From the NCBI GenBank assembly GCA_965644295.1, contig CBFFRP010000202.1, forward strand, positions 1 through 64,000: a stretch of DNA of 64,000 nt. The letters are read 5' to 3'. Of this stretch, positions 11,980 through 24,750 are shown piece by piece (positions within the stretch are counted from its first letter, which is position 1; each line of letters starts with the position of its first letter). Under the pieces are notes generated by a model. It saw only the letters and a program-made list of their open reading frames with translations, was not told where the DNA came from and did no database searches. The position numbers and the translations under genes are program-made. This DNA is from Paraphysomonas bandaiensis (Eukaryota > Protista > Chrysophyceae).

Positions 11980-13933
11980 CTACATATTTACTTTTTCAGC
12001 ATCTATTCCGCACTGTATCATTCGAACAATAAACAGATCACTTGCCACGTTGACTGCGGTTTGAAATCTTGATACAAGAAATGCAATGGCCTGTACATAA
12101 GCAATGGCGTCCGGTACGCTTTCATGTGGTACTGCAGTCTCCCATACCGTAATTAACATTACAATAGCTACAGCAGGAAAGCGTGAGGTTAGACAAGCTG
12201 TTAACGAAAACGAACATAAATCAGCTTGTACGACGTACCCGCATTGGGAACAGGTGCTGTCCCAGCAGAACCCAGACTAGCTCCAAGACCAACATTTACC
12301 CATGTTGATATATCAAAATTACTCTGGAGTCCCGCTGAATGTGCAAGAAAATTAATCGCACAAGGGAATCCAATGGCAGTTCCGTCCCTACACATTTCAC
12401 CCGTAACAAATTAGGACACAAGCGCGATCAACATACATATTGATGGTCGAGCCCATGGGCAAGATAGTGTTAGCTGTAGACTCTGCAACGAGTCCCGAGT
12501 CAATTGCCGTTTTAATTGACACGGGAAGACTGGCAGCCTACATTGATGACAAATATAAACTGGGGATTAAAACAGGTGTACGTTACTCACACTTGATTCA
12601 GTGGAAAAGGCAACGAGAATGGGCTGACGAATGGTGTACAGCCACTTGTAAGGATTCTCTCCTCCTGTATACCACAGAAACAGCAGCGGAAGTACTACTA
12701 GCAAATGTAGCGCCAGGCCACACACAACAGACACCACGTAGATACCCACAGTCTGCAGGAGATTCACCACGTTTCCTGAACACAAAATTTTTACGTGCTA
12801 TACCAACTAATATATTAGTAAGAGTCAATCACGAGCCAGCTGGAAATACAGTACTTATAAGTCATTGATTATACCTGCAGATGCCAGAGATGCGGCAATG
12901 AGAAACCCAATACAGTACGGGGCAAGAGATATGATCCACCCAATTACAACGTTAGATACCTCTGACATCTCGGAACAGAAAAGAAGCACAGTATCAGAAG
13001 CTGGTGTAGTGCGGGTTCGTCGTTGTAGCGCCACAATTGCAGCACCAAGAGCAAATCCAATCACAATCACACTAATGATACTAGGTGTCATGAAACTCTG
13101 TATAAAACGCATTAATAGTGTTAGCTTTTACTATAGTACATAGAATACAATTAGAATACATGCTAACATAAGCATAACATATGCATTCATACCTCTACAG
13201 AGTTATTTGGTACAAGAGAATTCATAGTATTCAACACTTGATCAACAAGAGAATGATGAATAAGTGCATCATTAAGAAGCATATTATCTTCATCACGTAA
13301 ATAATAATCTTGATATCTGTATATATAAATACAATTCAATTATATTTAAGTTATTATATAGATATGAATGAATTACTTTGAAGTTATATTCATTGAATTT
13401 AATTCATTATGATGAACACATATGACTTTCCCATCAATCATACTAGTTAATATCCCATAATCTTTTGGACATACCATTGTGACTTTCACACCATCATCAT
13501 CAGATTCATTATTTGTATTACTAGCAAATATATAACTAAATATATTAGCAATACATATACCTTCAGTCACAGATAGTATAGTTGATAATGTATATAATAA
13601 TAATGTCTTTTTACCTATAGATACAGCTGTACCTGATGTAAATATGTTGGATATTGATGATATAATATTAAAGAATATCATCGGAATCACAGCACATTGT
13701 AATGAACGTAAGAATAGATTACCAGGTAAAGTAATGAGTGTTATAATATTCTTTGATATATTTGTAATGTTTAATACAATCCCACATAGAATGCCTGTGG
13801 ATATAGATAAGAGATATTTAAGAGGTTCACTGATATATGAGGATGAAGGTGGGGTAGAGGAGTCGAGTGAACATGATGGTGAGGATGATGGAGATAAAGG
13901 TGATGAATTAGAGTAGCTGGTAGAAGGGTTCAT
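11980..13933 (-). CDS. Dicarboxylate/amino acid:cation symporter (SLC1/DAACS family), about 7 exons
   Basis: LPGNLFLRSLQCAVIPMIF, AFSTESS, GSTIN-M-DGTA (NMDGT motif split by an intron), GSAGTAPVP, SRFQTAVNVASD; stop at 11980. Confidence 0.9.
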
Positions 13934-13973
13934 GATGGATATGAGAGTTGATTGTATGAGAGATATAAGATGA

Positions 13974-14460
13974 TGTATGTATGTATGTATGTATGTATGT
14001 ATGTATGTATGTATGTATGTATGTATGTATGTATGTATGTATGTATGTATGTATGTATGTATGTATGTATGTATGTATGTATGTATGTATGTATGTATGT
14101 ATGTATGTATGTATGTATGTATGTATGTATGTATGTATGTATGTATGTATGTATGTATGTATGTATGTATGGATGTATGTATGTATGTATGTATGTATGT
14201 ATGTATGTATGTATGTATGTATGTATGTATGTATGTATGTATGTATGTATGTATGTATGTATGTATGTATGTATGTATGTATGTATGGATGGATGGATGG
14301 ATGGATGGATGGATGGATGGATGGATGGATGGATGGATGGATGTATGTATGTATGTATGGATGTATGTATGTATGTATGTATGTATGTATGTATGTATGT
14401 ATGTATGTATGTATGTATGTATGTATGTATGTATGTATGTATGTATGTATGTATGTATGT
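13974..14460. repeat. (TATG)n/(GATG)n microsatellite between divergent genes
   Basis: About 490 bp of tetranucleotide repeat with an internal GGAT block. Confidence 0.98.
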
Positions 14461-14650
14461 AGAGCAGTGTGATGATGCAAAAACATGGCATTTTTGTAAG
14501 TCATAGGTGGTTTTCATAAAGAAAATCCTTATTTTGTAGTATAGATATATATACAGCGCAGTGAAGTGCGTGGGCATTCAATATACTACGAACATCTGCA
14601 GATATCAAACTCCATTGATTCCATTATATTAACATCATTCAATAGATAAA

Positions 14651-16046
14651 ATGAGTATATTCTTTCTATCAATTCTATTAACTCTTCTATCTCTTATAAC
14701 CTCCTACACTACAACAAATCCTCATAGTCTCTACTCCACTCCATCTCTTCCCCCTCCATCATCATATGAATCTATTGCATTATCTTACATAGAATCGTTA
14801 TTTGATACTAATAATATACATACAATTATATATACATTATCATCTATTGGAATTCCAGATGTTTCGATAGAATCTACTTTCACATTCTATAAGTTTCTAT
14901 TGGCTAGATATCAGTATCAACATCCTCAACAAGATCGATTAGATGAATTAGCCAATCAAATGATTGAATCATTAGAGAGATTTATAAAAGATGGAGAAAC
15001 TATACATTTACCTCCTGAACCTTCTCATTGGAGGACTTATATTGATATTCTGATGCACAATATGAAGCAGTATAGTCATAAGTTTCACGACTATCAAGTT
15101 TTGCAATTGGAGCCACAAGTATTTGGGTGGTCTATTCAGCGGGACACTTATTCGTCGCAGAGCCGTCCATTCATGGCTATCCGTGCTTCTCCTTTGTTTG
15201 AGTCTACGTGGGTTAAAGCATTAGAAGGAAGCATGCAATACATGCACTTCGACAAGACAACTTACTTGACTAATCCTAAAATGGAGTTCCTTCCCTACCG
15301 CAACGAAAGGTTGGTTGTTTTATATTGATATGCATGTATGACGGTACACTGCATGTAGGATATGCCATGTGTATACTTGGTTTATCTTGAATGAAGTTTT
15401 GGGCGTCTTACCGAATAGCTTCGAACAAATTATTGAATATGGAGGAGGAACTGGAGATAATGCAGCCACCCAACACGCTCTGGATTTTAAAGGCACACAC
15501 ATCATTTATGACTTGGCACCAATGCTCTTTATGCAGCGATATTTTCTAAGGTACTCTGGTTATCAAGCGTTCTTGATGACCCCCGAAAATAAGAACACTT
15601 TGGCGGCTCTTGCAAGGAGCAACGTAACCGGCGCAACAACTATTTTAGTGTCTCCGTCGTTTGTATCTACGCACCTACTACCAAGTAGATCTGACGAAGC
15701 GTTAGCGAAAACCCTCCTCCTTGCTACCTACTCTCTCACCGAGTCAGATATGACATCAAGACGAAAATTCATGGAGAGTATTATTAACGTAGGAGTTTTG
15801 TACATAACCGGAAATGTAAACCATATTGGATACAATAATTTTGAGTACATCATGAACTTGACTCACACTCAACTTCGCAATTACGAATGCGCCTTTATTC
15901 CTGGAAATTTTCCCAATGAATTTACGTTTATTGCTATACGCAATGACCTCAACCTATCTTTTGATCAGCATGGTAAATTCCAAAAGGAATATGAATTAGA
16001 GACTGGCAGATGTGTTGTATTGAAAATGAATGAAGCGCATTTGTAG
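14651..16046 (+). CDS. Putative SAM-dependent (sugar O-)methyltransferase with N-terminal signal/anchor, 2 exons
   Basis: IIEYGGGTGD motif I, IIYDLAPM..MQRYFL, ATYSLTE; GT-AG intron ~15310-15358 joins the two ORFs. Confidence 0.7.
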
Positions 16047-16560
16047 TGTGGTATCGCTGTTTTGTTTTTTATCAATTTAATCGTTTTCTTGTTTAATGTA
16101 CTCGTTAGGTGGCGTAGTATATAATGTATACTGCAAAGTTTATGTTAAAATTTGTATATGTATGTTTTCCCGTCACGTAGTTAATGCGTTTAACGTTAGT
16201 TAACACTTACCACAACATTGTTCACGATAGCATCATTTGTCACTATCCAAGAAGTAAATAGCAAAACCCTAAGTAACAGCACTAAGTAAGCCATTTTGGG
16301 GACGTTGCCGTTGACCCCCAATGGTAGGGGACGATAACAATATATTGCCAGCAAAAATTAATAACTATAATTAGGCCAAAGTGTAGTATTGTTTTTAATA
16401 TTGAACTATGAACTATTGATGAAACACGCTCCTTTAACGTTTTTTCCTTAGCAAATCATGAAAAAATTTCTTACTTTCAAATTCACTTATCTTATTAGCT
16501 TAAGTCACATAGCATGTATTGTATTCATGAAGATAGTAATATACAATATTACTTGACGAT

Positions 16561-17157
16561 TTACGAGAACTGTTTAGAAACTTCCTCAACGCTGTCATTC
16601 TCAGTTAAATTTCTAATAACTCTGCACGGGTTTCCTGCTGCTAAAACATTTTCCGGTATATCTCGTGTGACAACAGCTCCAGCGCCAATAATAGACTTGT
16701 CACCTATCGTTACTCCCGGGCATATAACCGCAGATCCACCAACCCAAACATTATCCCCAATTGTAATAGGTTTCCCATACTCCAATCCACTTGCACGTTC
16801 TTCAGCATTAATAGGATGAGTAGCAGTATAAATTTGTACATTAGGACCAAATAAAGTATTTGATCCAATTCTTACTGGAGTTACATCAAGAATTACACAA
16901 TTAAAATTAAAATATACATTAGTACCAATATAAATATTATCACCATAATCACAATAAAATGGTGATTGTATATATATATCATTTGATGCATTAGGTAATA
17001 ATTGTTTTAATAAATTCCTTTTTTTAATAGTTTCACGTTCATTTATAGTGTTATATAATAATAATAAATCTCTAGTTGCTAATCGTCTTTCTATTAATTC
17101 ACTATCTGATGCATTATAAAGATCACCATTTAACATTTTATCACGTTCTGTTGTCAT
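16561..17157 (-). CDS. maa: Maltose/galactoside O-acetyltransferase (hexapeptide-repeat family)
   Basis: PFYCDYGDNI, GPNVQIYTATHP, IGDNVWVGGSAVICPGVTIG, AGNPCRVIR; intronless, 198 aa. Confidence 0.93.
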   Translation of the reverse strand: MTTERDKMLNGDLYNASDSELIERRLATRDLLLLYNTINERETIKKRNLLKQLLPNASNDIYIQSPFYCDYGDNIYIGTNVYFNFNCVILDVTPVRIGSNTLFGPNVQIYTATHPINAEERASGLEYGKPITIGDNVWVGGSAVICPGVTIGDKSIIGAGAVVTRDIPENVLAAGNPCRVIRNLTENDSVEEVSKQFS

Positions 17158-17330
17158 GAGTATATTAAATAGATGAAGTAGATTGATTATGATGATGATA
17201 TATGTGGGTTACTAATTGTTTAGTGTAGATATGTATGTATGTGAGATGGATATATAGATATATATGTATATACATACAGGAGCATATACATATACATCCA
17301 CATACTGCTGTACAGACCATGTGCGTCTAA

Positions 17331-17452
17331 GTTTTCGGAAATAAATTGAAGCAAAAATACTCTATATTACTGAAATACAACTACGGCTGGAATACAGATA
17401 ATTGTTGTCTCAATATTAGAGGCATCTTGGAACAAAAATATACAAAGGATGC
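17331..17452 (-). mobile_element. Promoter-region MITE, copy A
   Basis: Reverse complement of the ~130-bp core seen at 23065, 33835 and 49915. Confidence 0.8.
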
Positions 17453-17735
17453 CACTACGACATGCACACAAGTGGTCATGTACTCTCGTATACACAGCAT
17501 TTTTCGTACTACATAATCCCAAAAAATACCGTTTTCCAATTACTTCTATTAAAAAAGCACTAGTTTTTACAAAAAATATCTATAAATGCCTAGTTTCCAG
17601 CAGGTTCATAATTAGAATTTACAGCACAGATTGTATATATATACACATATGTATGTTTGTATATATATATGAAATCCATCCCCTAGTGATTTAACTGCAA
17701 CATACTAACCACACTATCAATCATTTCTCATTCCC

Positions 17736-19777
17736 ATGTCATCTATTGCATATAAAATGCTACTAGGTATTGTAGCATGCATAATTGGCATTAATTATGC
17801 ATCAATCATGCAAGATTTATCCTCTATTAGATCCGTTAAGATCACATGGAGAGAACGGTTACCACGTACTCAATATCACATTATACAGACATCTCTATAC
17901 AATAAACTATCTAACTATGAAGTAACTTCAATGACTTTGCAACATATTCATAATATCTCAGAATTAGTTTTTGATATTGAAATTAGCAGTACTTTATTAC
18001 CGTATTACTATATGACTCTTATGAGGATATGGTATGTAGATAATGATGATCTTGTGGAAGTATGGGACCATAATATGAATGAAATGCATGCTCTTTCATG
18101 GAAGAATGAATTGAAGGTCTTGAAATTAACACATACAAGGCTACAGGAAATGTGTCGTGCAGAATGTGCTGATGTAATATCAGCTGTTCAGGCGATACTG
18201 CTGATAATCGATACGGTTTGTTCAGAATCAGACGCAACAGACGTCATGACAATGTCACTCAATAATACAATCGAATCACTTTTCTCAAAGGGTCTATTAG
18301 AAGCGGATGTAAAATCCAGTTATGCGTTTGGTCATTACGTAAATAATACGTTGTTAGAACTTAGTAGTCGATCACCGTGTGCTGACTCTTCGTCGACAAG
18401 TCAGTACATATTCGTCAAATCACCGGCTGATATTCGGTCACCTAGTGGAAATCCCACTAGACTGGCTGTTAAAGACACTCCAAGTGAGGTCTATACTCTT
18501 GCGACATTATATGCTAAAATCTGGCGTAGGTCGTTGTATAGGCGGTAGTGGAAAGGTCGGACATCAAAGGAAGTGCGTTAAAAGAACGCTTCATAGGTAA
18601 ACCTTTGCCCTCTGTGTATTGCACCGTCTAAACAGTTATTGTGTTGTGAATTAGTGAAGTATTACGACATGACAGCTCTATCGTTGCTGAATCCGTGACG
18701 TTTAGCACATTGGATATGGAGTGTTCAACAAATAGTACAAAGTCTACTTTAGAGTTTTATCAAGGAGTAGAAAGTGACGTTGAAGTACTGGGCTCACTAA
18801 AAGAACAACCGGAAATTTGTTGGCCTGTTTTGGTGAACATGCGTCACAACTATAATGTCGCTATTGCTTCTGCCGCTATGATGTTGTCGAGTATGGCGTA
18901 CGCCACTGGTGGCAGCAGCAGAAGAGGAGCTGAACTGGAGGATATCTCTGACAAGGAGTCAAACCGAATAAACTTAATTTCGAAGGATATAAAATCTCCC
19001 CGTGTGCTTAGTCTGGGACTCGGAGGAGGGGAATTGCACTCTTTTCTTCTTCGTTATCATCCGTATATGACAGTCCACTCAGTCGAAATTAGTTCGGACA
19101 TAGCCGTAATTGCACAACAACACTTTAATTTGAGTGTTTGTAGTGTGAATCATATAGGCAGTTCGAAAAGTGAAGACTTTACCATGAGCGAGTCCAATGA
19201 AGGTTTTTGTAGATCCAAAGTTATTATCGGTGATTTAGCGGAAGCTTTGCTTACAATAGTCAACAATGGACATCTCTATGACTATATTATATCGGACGTG
19301 TTTGATTTAACAGTTGCACAATGGGATGGACGCACGTATAGTGGTCATAGCAACCCGGGAAACATTCTGAATGTTTTTCAGCTAGCAAAAGACGTTCTGA
19401 ACCCTGAAGTAGGACTTGCAATATTTCACTTGCATAAGGACGAATTGTATCTTGACATGCTTCAGAAAATGCGTGTTGTATTTGCAGGTAATGTACACTT
19501 AGTTTTGAAGTGGTTGCATTGATCATTGTAATGCTTAGATGTCGTGCAAATAGCGGTTACTGATAACTCCGCACTGTTGGTCGGCTCACCAGTAAACCCA
19601 CTTAGATTTAATTTCCCTCCTGTAGAAAAGTATCTGAATTATACCAATCTTAGTAGTAACAGACTGTGCGATGATATCAACACTGCGTCACTTGCAGTTG
19701 AAGCGTATGGTGAGTATTTTGGGTACAGTCCGTTTATTCGTAGTGCTTATCGTTATGCGTTCAATTGTTTGTCATAG
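17736..19777 (+). CDS. Membrane-anchored protein with a spermidine-synthase-like methyltransferase domain, multi-exon
   Basis: N-terminal hydrophobic segment; RVLSLGLGGGEL, VHSVEIS, YDYIISDVFD; introns ~18484-18529, ~18597-18654 and one from ~19488. Confidence 0.7.
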
Positions 19778-19860
19778 TATATCAGAAGTGTGTGTAATGT
19801 GTAATGCTATGTGACTCGCATGTGTAATAGTTAAGCTCATATTTCGAAACTATTATGATA

Positions 19861-19990
19861 ATAGTCACACCAAAAATAGTGTAACAGCCTAGTCAAGATA
19901 TTGAAAATCTAATCGTTAAATAATTCTTATTTTCAGTTTACAAATAACATGACTAGGTGTTAGGTGTTTATGGTATTCATCTAGTCATCA
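19861..19990. repeat. Second copy of the GACTAGG transposon-end repeat
   Basis: Aligns by eye to the reverse complement of ~11672-11795. Confidence 0.6.
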
Positions 19991-20368
19991 AATCAAGAAT
20001 GCAAATATCGATTTACATATTATTGAATAAGTTTGAAATCTGTGTGATTGGGGACGCCAACCAATTAGAGTAGTAGATTGAAGTATTTCTCAAACCATAT
20101 AACAATTCAGACCAGGCAACAGGCCAACTGACGACTGAAATAGTATACTGTATCGTACTATTGCAACATATATATCGTTGAGGCACTACTCAAACAAACT
20201 ATTCTTCTTACTTTACTGATGCTACTTAATGAAACAATTAAGAATAAAGTACCTCTCAAACAGATAATGAAGTCATCTCAATCACCATTCATTTAATTGT
20301 GTGTAACCGCATTACGAGAATTAAATATTTTAGAGTTCATAGAAACTATCCTGATTCCAAATCAACTA

Positions 20369-22720
20369 CTAGTCAATGATTTTACCTTGGAAGTCGCCCT
20401 GGAAGGAGATAGTTTGTGATGAGCTAAAACCTTGTGCACCAGTATGCTTCGCAACATAATAAGCTTCATGGAAATCTCCTTCCGCACTCGGGTTGTAGGT
20501 AATAAACATTGCACGCCGAGATTTGTCACTCGTATTCGCTCCAGAGCGATGAGGCAAGTAACCGCTGAATAGAAATACATCTCCTGGTTTACTTAGAACA
20601 TATTTGAAGGTCATATTTTCCTCCGCTTCAGGTGTGATAACTCCTTTAGAATCAAGAGGAACTTGACCTTTACGCCATTGTCCTGGAGCTACCTGTGCAT
20701 GCCGAATCAGTGCCTTAACATAAACAATGCAAGTAGAAAAAAGTACCTGCAGACACCCATTTTCAATTGTCGCCTCGTCAATGGCTACCATAACACTTAT
20801 ATGTTGACTGGCCATACCAATATAGGCGGGTGAGTCTTGGTGAGCAGAAAATCCAGATCCTCCAGGCAATTTAAAATTTATTTTTTCTTTAAAGAGGGCG
20901 GCGTCTTCTCCAAAAAGTTGCGACACAACTGGACGTATAATATCCATACATAGTTCACGCATACCTGGGTTGAATACAATTATTATTGAAAATCTTCACA
21001 CAAGCATACATAACGTAAAACCGTATGTGAGGGCACACCTTCGTGATAATTTACAAAATTTTCTGCACGACAGAGTGTTCGAAGACCATCATCACCTACA
21101 GCCTCCCAATGAAGAAGCCACTTTCCTTGTGTTTTCTCCCACTGAGATATTTCACGAACCCACCCCTCAATGGTGGACGCCGATATACCATGAAAGTCAA
21201 TCAGGTTAGATATTTTGAGGAAGCTATTTTGATTCCAGAAATCTAATTGTGATGTAGTGAGAGGGTAGCACATACTAGAATTTGCATTCAGAGTAGAGAG
21301 TGCATCTATTATTGGAAAGTATGACTCGAGCGAAGGAACATCTTTTCCTGGTACTTTTGCCTGCTCATCCCACGATCGCATTTGAATGTATACCGTATGA
21401 TCAGGGTCTGCCTCATAGGAAGACACCTCATCGGCAGTCATCACACCACCCTGAAACCTACCAAAAATTAAGGACATTAATACCGAAGTGAAAATATATA
21501 ATAAAAAACAATTAGATTTATTACTTTAGAGTAGTTTTTGAAGCATCTGATAGAGACTCATAATACTCCGGCTTTATAGCACATAAATATCTTTTGGCAG
21601 ATATGTGATTCCGGATCATTCTCTGGATACGTTCAGAAAACCCCAGAGTAGCAGCAAAATCCGCACCAATGTGTTCATGGTCCACTATACCACATCCATC
21701 CATACCTGACATATACGATTAACTATATATACATATATATATACATATACACGTATATACACATATAACTATATACGATATATACGTAACACATACATAG
21801 ACATGTACATACATATATATACATAGCACACAAGGCACATACACTTATATACACACATACATATACATATATACATACATACATATCAAGTGGTTGGGAA
21901 GGTGTACATACCGATATCATTTCCTGCTTCCATACCTACAACATGACCGATATCATGAAGTAGCCCGGCAACAGTAATCTACATACATATAAAGCTAAGT
22001 TGATATATTGATAGTTTAATATGCATGTATGTGTGTATATATGTATATATATGTATGTGTATGTATGTAGGTGTATGTATGTATTGTCCCTTCATACACA
22101 CAGCAACTCCTATACATACAGACATATATATATGATATATTCACATATACATCAATAGATACATACATACATATGATTACACTTCGATAAACACACGCAT
22201 ATTCATATATATGCATATGTATACGTACACTTCGATAAACATACACATATTCATATATATGCCATATGCATACGTACACTTCGCTCAACACACATATTCA
22301 TATATATGCATATGTATACTTATATATGAATATAAACGTACGTATTCATACACATATATGTATACATATGTATATGTATACCTCTATAAACACACATATA
22401 CATATATATGCATATATACGTACACTTCGATAAACACATACATATATATCTATATAGGCACACATATACGTATGCATAGTGTCACCTCATCATCACCCGC
22501 CTCTTTAGCTAAAGCTGCAACCTGAAGTGAGTGTTGAATAATCGACACCGGCTCACCAATATAATCCGCCTGTACATAAGCCAAATTTTAAAAAGAATGT
22601 ACGCGAAATTAGAAGTAAACCACTGCAAAAATACATATATATATATATATTTACCTCACCACAGGAGCGAAACGCTGCAGCGATACGTAATGAGGCTGTT
22701 CGAGGATGATAAGCGGTCAT
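20369..22720 (-). CDS. phnZ-phnY: PhnZ-like HD-domain oxygenase fused to a PhnY-like Fe(II)/2OG dioxygenase (phosphonate catabolism), 7 exons
   Basis: Exons 22720-22655, 22569-22486, 21978-21912, 21705-21525, 21457-21039, 20964-~20747 and ~20692-20369 splice in frame. HD part: DYIGEPVSIIQHSLQ, GLLHDIGH, HEHIGA, HISAKRYL, SLSDAS, QGG, RSWDEQAK. PhyH part: KEKINFKLPGGSGFSAHQD, HRSGAN, RRAMFITYN. Confidence 0.88.
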
Positions 22721-23064
22721 ATGAGGGAGTTGTTGTGGTGTATAGTGTAAGGATAATAGTGGTTTGGAATGTGTAGTGATGTGAAGATATGAAGATGTAA
22801 ATGTACGTATGTATTCATATTCATATCCATATGTGTTTTACCAGTACGTATCTACAGAGTGTATGAGTACGCGACGTAAGAATACAGAAGTACATAAGAT
22901 TGTAGTGTATTTTCAGTCATCTGGCAATTTTTGAGGCTGAGGGGTACATAATTCTGTAGATTTTACCTCAATTTCCTAAAATTTAGGACAAGAAAACTTA
23001 GAAAATACACTAATAAGAATTCTATGAAGTTGACATACGTTTATGAACAAGAAGAACATACACA

Positions 23065-23219
23065 TACGTATCGCCATCCTTTGTATATTTTTGTTCCAAG
23101 ATGCCTCTAATATTGAGATAACAATTATGTGTATTCCAGCCGTAGTTGTAGTACAGTAATGTAAAGGATATTTGCTTCAATTTATTTCCGCAAAATAACA
23201 TGCTGACTGCCGATACGTA
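23065..23219 (+). mobile_element. Promoter-region MITE, copy B (most intact)
   Basis: TA-CGTATCGCC ... GCCGATACG-TA: short TIRs with one mismatch and TA flanks. Confidence 0.8.
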
Positions 23220-23331
23220 CATTTACAGTCATATACGATACGGCTATTTCCTATAGCTACTCATCGAATATCCAGGTACATAACATCATAGCAGAGTTAT
23301 AGTAACTATATGATCATATAAACATTAAAGA

Positions 23332-24012
23332 ATGAGAAATACAGCTGTAATTGCTTTACTTGCTATGAATACCATACATTCATGTCGTTCTTATAGTTCA
23401 ATAAGTGGAATAAGCACTACTTTTCAACGACTTCAAAGAGCCTCATTAAACATAATAGAAAATGCAAAAATATCATCAAATCAACCTATTAAAGCACAAG
23501 ATTTATTTAATAAGAACCCTGTTACTATTATCTATGTCGTTCGTAGGCCTGGATGAGTGTTATGCAGAGAAGAAGGTGCTGATCTATCTTCTCTGCATAA
23601 AAAGGGTAAATTTGGGCAAGCATCTCTAGTGGGAATAATAAAAGAAGTTGCCCCAGTAAAGAATGCCCCTACTGATAAGGAGCTGGGAGTTGGAGAATTT
23701 AATGATGTATATTTTCCTTATCAACTTTATCAGGATGTTGATCTTGAATTTTACAAAGCTCTGGGAGATCGCAAGCTTTACTCACAGTCATTCTGGACCT
23801 GGAACCCTCTTAAGCTCTACGGATCTTACCAGGACATGAAGACAAGACTGAAAAACAAAGGTCTTAAAGGTAATATGGTAGGAGAGGGAATAGTACAAGG
23901 AGGGGTCCTCGTTGTGTCCAAAGAAAAGGGGTTAGTGTATGCATACAAGGAAGTTACGGGGTCAGAGATTCCTGCCGACGATATTGTTGATGCCGTACAA
24001 AAACACCTTTAG
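23332..24012 (+). CDS. SELENOU: Selenoprotein U / PRXL2A-like (AhpC/TSA-like thioredoxin fold), Sec at TGA 23554-23556
   Basis: Two abutting same-frame ORFs read VVRRPG-TGA-VLCREEG, matching the family motif RRPG[C/U]xLCRE; C-terminal GNMVGEGIVQGGVLVV; SECIS-like hairpin ~40 nt after the stop. Confidence 0.9.
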
Positions 24013-24050
24013 ACATATGTATGGTTATTACAATCGAGTTTTGTGTTGAT

Positions 24051-24121
24051 GGTGATTTGGAATGACGTTTGCAGCATTACAGTATTCCCACTGTATGTCT
24101 ACTAAACTGATATAGATCACC
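24051..24121 (+). promoter_or_regulatory. SECIS element (non-canonical apical region)
   Basis: Helix I GGTGATTT/AGATCACC; core ATGA (24062-24065) / TGA (24108-24110); helix II GTTT.../...AAAC, topped by TACAG-TATTCCCA-CTGTA. Confidence 0.75.
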
Positions 24122-24558
24122 GTGGCACATATGTTCGACGCTAAGATAGCTATCAAAATCTATATATTAGTTGTTCTGGTTAATTATTATGCACCGATTA
24201 GTACAGAGTCGACATGATGTAATTTAATCTCTCGTTATTTGACTCTCACATAGCATTCTTTGTTCTATTACAGCTCTGTGATCTATCCTACTGATTGATG
24301 TTAGGTTTCGTTTTAATTAAGTCTTGTCATGTAAAAGTTTCTGATTGTACCAATATAATAGAAAGTATCAAGAGTAAAGGTGTGTAGATTTTGACTTACC
24401 AACACATACTAGAGAAGAATTTGATTAAACGGGTACATAGTACATTATATATAGACACTGTACGGTTTAGATACTATATATGTATATAAATATTCATTCT
24501 ATGGATGCATTCATATTCTTATGTACTCTAATATATCGCATGGTGCACATGTCATACT

Positions 24559-24750
24559 GCCCCATTCCGAAAGCGTGACCATAGTGTAGGTCCACATATA
24601 TCACCGAGATTTAGCACTGAGTCTACCACCCGCCAACCCGTGTATCAACGTAGCTGACCACATAGATCACGCGTGTTCTGTTGCCACCCCACCCGTGTTC
24701 ACCTTCGCTAATATTAGACGGGATATTTCATAGCTATGCATGACTTATAT
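24559..24750 (+). repeat. GCCCCATTCCGA-terminus repeat family, left-end copy
   Basis: About 190 bp similar to 34280-34480, e.g. shared CCCCACCCGTGTTCACCTT. Confidence 0.75.

Noticed and set aside
13908-14577. Long YIHT/MYVC-repeat ORFs, also at 28818-29497, 45067-45519, 49930-50448 and 57526-58350
   Set aside because: Translations of stop-free (CATA)n tracts; the real starts lie outside the repeats.
16561-17157. Bacterial contamination (intronless maa and MBL genes)
   Set aside because: Embedded among spliced genes and sharing the host 5' AT bias and repeats; old horizontal transfer cannot be judged without phylogeny.
18484-18660. In-frame stops suggesting an alternative genetic code
   Set aside because: Explained by short GT-AG introns; TAA and TAG end the recognisable genes normally.
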